Source of the DNA: a bacterium
GTDB taxonomy: Bacteria; SAR324; NAC60-12
Reading direction: 5' to 3'
DNA: 64,000 nucleotides
NCBI GenBank assembly: GCA_965209155.1
Contig: OZ242383.1
Coordinates: forward strand, 448,001-512,000
The notes below the pieces were generated by a model. It was not told the origin of the DNA. It ran no database searches and saw only the letters and a program-made list of their open reading frames with translations. This document shows positions 61,257 to 64,000 of the stretch, piece after piece. The translations under genes were made by a program, and so were the position numbers. The number at the start of each line of letters is the position of its first letter. The stretch's first letter is position 1.

Positions 61257-63963
61257 ATTTGGAACCCGGCGGTCGTTTGATATGGGAAATGGTTCTGCGG
61301 ATTTGTTCCGTCTCGATGAACTGGAAAAAAATGGAATCGGCTCCATCGACAAACTTCCTTTTTCCTTGAAAATTCTCCTCGAGCAGGCCCTGAGGAACCT
61401 GGACGATTTCCAAGTCAAGGAAAAGGACGTCACGGCCTTGGCCAATTGGACGACGCAGCATAGTCGAGGTTGCCAGGAAGGGGGGGAAATCCCCTTCAAA
61501 CCCACCCGGGTGATCCTGCAAGACTTCACTGGAGTTCCCACCGTAGTGGACCTGGCCGCCCTGCGTTCAGCCATGGTCGAGATGGGAGGAGACCCCACCC
61601 TGATCAATCCTCAAGTACCGGTGGACCTGGTCATCGACCATTCCGTGCAAGTGGATCAATATGGCAGCGCCCGGTCCTTGAAAAAAAACATGGATATCGA
61701 ATTCATGCGCAACAAAGAGCGATACCAGTTCCTCAAATGGGGTCAGCAGACATTCAAGAATTTTCGAGTTATACCACCAGGAATCGGTATCATCCATCAA
61801 GTCAACCTGGAATACCTGGCAAGTGTGGTCCATTTACGCGACGGCGTTTGTTTCCCGGATACCGTAGTGGGAACGGACTCCCATACGACAATGATCAATG
61901 GCGCCGGAGTCTTGGGGTGGGGAGTCGGTGGTATCGAAGCGGAATCGGCCATGTTGGGACAGCCGGTCTACATGCGCATTCCGCAAGTTCTGGGATTCAA
62001 ACTCTTTGGTTCTCTCAATCCTGGCGCGACGGCGACGGATCTCGTCTTACGAGTCGTGCAAATGCTTCGAGAAATAGGTGTTGTGGAAAAATTCGTAGAG
62101 TTTTATGGAGCCGGGCTTTCCAACTTGAGTTTGGCAGACAGGGCGACTCTGGCCAATATGGCTCCGGAATATGGGGCTACCATGGGTTTCTTCCCCGTGG
62201 ATGAAGAAACACTGAATTATTTAAAGAGCACCGGCCGTTCTGAAGAACTCGCGCAGAGAGTTGAACGTTATTGTAAAGAACAAGGAATGTTCCGCACGGA
62301 TGAAACTCCCGACCCGACTTATAGCGACGTGATCAGTCTGGACCTCGCCACTGTGGAACCGGCTTTAGCGGGTCCAAAACGCCCTCAAGACCGTATTGAT
62401 CTTTCCGAGATGAAGTCCACCTGGCAACAAACCATGCAGGCCCCCATCAAAGCGCGGGGTTTTGCCCTGGATGAGCAATCCATCCTGGCAGAAAGCCCTA
62501 TCTCCGGAGAGCGAGGGAGCCGATTGAAACATGGTTCCGTCGTCATTGCTGCCATCACTTCCTGTACCAATACCAGCAACCCTTCCGTGCTCATTGCAGC
62601 AGGTCTGCTGGCCAAAAAAGCTATCGAACGGGGACTGGCTGCCAAACCCTGGGTGAAGACTTCCCTGGCGCCCGGGTCCCGGGTGGTGACGGACTATTTG
62701 AATAAATCCGGACTCACTGAATATCTGGAGCAACTGGGATTTTACACCGTGGGATACGGGTGCACGACTTGCATTGGCAATTCCGGTCCTCTTGCGGATT
62801 CGATCGTTTCATCGATCAACCAGGAAGACCTGGTGGTCGTTTCGGTCCTTTCGGGCAATCGCAATTTCGAGGGACGGATCAGTCCGCATGTAAAAGCGAA
62901 TTTTCTGGCGAGCCCTCCTTTGGTTGTCGCTTATGCAATTGCCGGGACGGTCGATATCAACTTGCGGAAAGAAGCCATTGGCTTGGACTGCAATGGCCGG
63001 GAGGTCAAATTGGACGAGATTTGGCCCAACCCGGATGAAATTTCGGAAGTGATGAAACTGATCACCCCCCAAATGTATAGAGAGCGTTATGAACGGGTGC
63101 AAGACAGTTCTGAAATATGGAACCGCATAAAAAGCGAATCCGGAGAAGCGTATCCCTGGGACAACGAGTCCACCTACATCCAAAATCCTCCATTCTTCAT
63201 GAACATGTCCCTGGACCTCGCCCCCTTGCAAAACATCATCGGAGCCAATACCTTGATCAAATTGGGAGATTCCGTGACCACAGACCATATTTCTCCTGCC
63301 GGCGCTTTCGCTTCCGAGCATCCTGCCGGGAAATATTTAATAGAAAAAGGAGTCAGGCCTGAAGAATTCAATTCTTATGGGTCACGGCGCGGAAACGACC
63401 AGGTGATGACTCGAGGCACTTTCGCCAATGTACGCATTCGGAATCAGTTGATACCCGGAAAGGAAGGAGGTTATACGATTCACTTTCCCAGCGGAGAGCA
63501 ATTACCGGTGTACGACGCGGCCGTGAAGTACCAAGAGGAGAACACTCCCCTGGTCGTCATTGCAGGCGCGGAATATGGCTCAGGTTCCTCGAGGGACTGG
63601 GCGGCTAAAGGTCCATTTTTATTGGGGGTCAAGGCAGTGCTCGTTTCCAGCTTCGAACGCATTCACCGTTCCAACTTGATTGGCATGGGCGTCCTTCCTC
63701 TTCAGTTCAAAGGGGGTAAAAATGCGGATGACTATAACCTGACCGGGAAAGAAAAATTATCCGTCATCGGCATCGATGATGGTATTGAACCCTTGCAGGA
63801 ATTGATAGTGAAAGCAGATGAACAGGAAATTCCGGTGATTTGCCGTTTGGACACTGCCGTTGAAATCGAATATTATAAAAATGGCGGAATCCTCCATACC
63901 GTGCTGCGTAATTTTCTGCGTAATCCACAGCAAGTTGAAGGTGCAGAGTTATCCGACCCATGA
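61243..63963 (+). CDS. acnA: Aconitate hydratase A
   Basis: [48 protein letters not shown]. Confidence 0.97.
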   Translation: MADNKFGTRRSFDMGNGSADLFRLDELEKNGIGSIDKLPFSLKILLEQALRNLDDFQVKEKDVTALANWTTQHSRGCQEGGEIPFKPTRVILQDFTGVPTVVDLAALRSAMVEMGGDPTLINPQVPVDLVIDHSVQVDQYGSARSLKKNMDIEFMRNKERYQFLKWGQQTFKNFRVIPPGIGIIHQVNLEYLASVVHLRDGVCFPDTVVGTDSHTTMINGAGVLGWGVGGIEAESAMLGQPVYMRIPQVLGFKLFGSLNPGATATDLVLRVVQMLREIGVVEKFVEFYGAGLSNLSLADRATLANMAPEYGATMGFFPVDEETLNYLKSTGRSEELAQRVERYCKEQGMFRTDETPDPTYSDVISLDLATVEPALAGPKRPQDRIDLSEMKSTWQQTMQAPIKARGFALDEQSILAESPISGERGSRLKHGSVVIAAITSCTNTSNPSVLIAAGLLAKKAIERGLAAKPWVKTSLAPGSRVVTDYLNKSGLTEYLEQLGFYTVGYGCTTCIGNSGPLADSIVSSINQEDLVVVSVLSGNRNFEGRISPHVKANFLASPPLVVAYAIAGTVDINLRKEAIGLDCNGREVKLDEIWPNPDEISEVMKLITPQMYRERYERVQDSSEIWNRIKSESGEAYPWDNESTYIQNPPFFMNMSLDLAPLQNIIGANTLIKLGDSVTTDHISPAGAFASEHPAGKYLIEKGVRPEEFNSYGSRRGNDQVMTRGTFANVRIRNQLIPGKEGGYTIHFPSGEQLPVYDAAVKYQEENTPLVVIAGAEYGSGSSRDWAAKGPFLLGVKAVLVSSFERIHRSNLIGMGVLPLQFKGGKNADDYNLTGKEKLSVIGIDDGIEPLQELIVKADEQEIPVICRLDTAVEIEYYKNGGILHTVLRNFLRNPQQVEGAELSDP

Positions 63964-64000
63964 AAGATGGTCTCCATGCGTTCTGCCAAAATCCATCTTA

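Noticed and set aside
1..64000. tRNA, rRNA, prophage or conjugation genes
   Set aside because: None recognised in the window

Overview
About 51 kb of this window (1-51300) is an accessory island, followed by ordinary chromosomal genes (cobS, cobT, ATP-grasp protein, msrB, HTH protein, PAS histidine kinase with a sigma54 response regulator, DUF790-like protein, acnA). The island has two interleaved layers. (1) On the + strand are seven tandem modules. Each has a nearly identical non-coding leader of up to about 1 kb, a divergent but intact family-5 (Opp/Dpp/Nik) ABC substrate-binding protein (SBP), and DppB/DppC permeases that are often decayed; no ATPase gene is present. The leader contains a TTGACA-N17-TATCAT promoter, a CACCCGG heptamer VNTR of 0-13 copies, a terminator-like hairpin and 1-3 in-frame 111-nt repeats with stacked start codons. 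(2) Between the modules, mostly on the - strand, are about ten toxin-antitoxin-type pairs and other small genes bounded by attC-like sites. One attC is split by a group II intron remnant, and a broken integron integrase fragment that the ORF track misses lies at 36641-37033. Scraps of catabolic genes, REP-like palindromes and an IS256 end fill the gaps. All calls come from reading the sequence by eye; no database searches were run.
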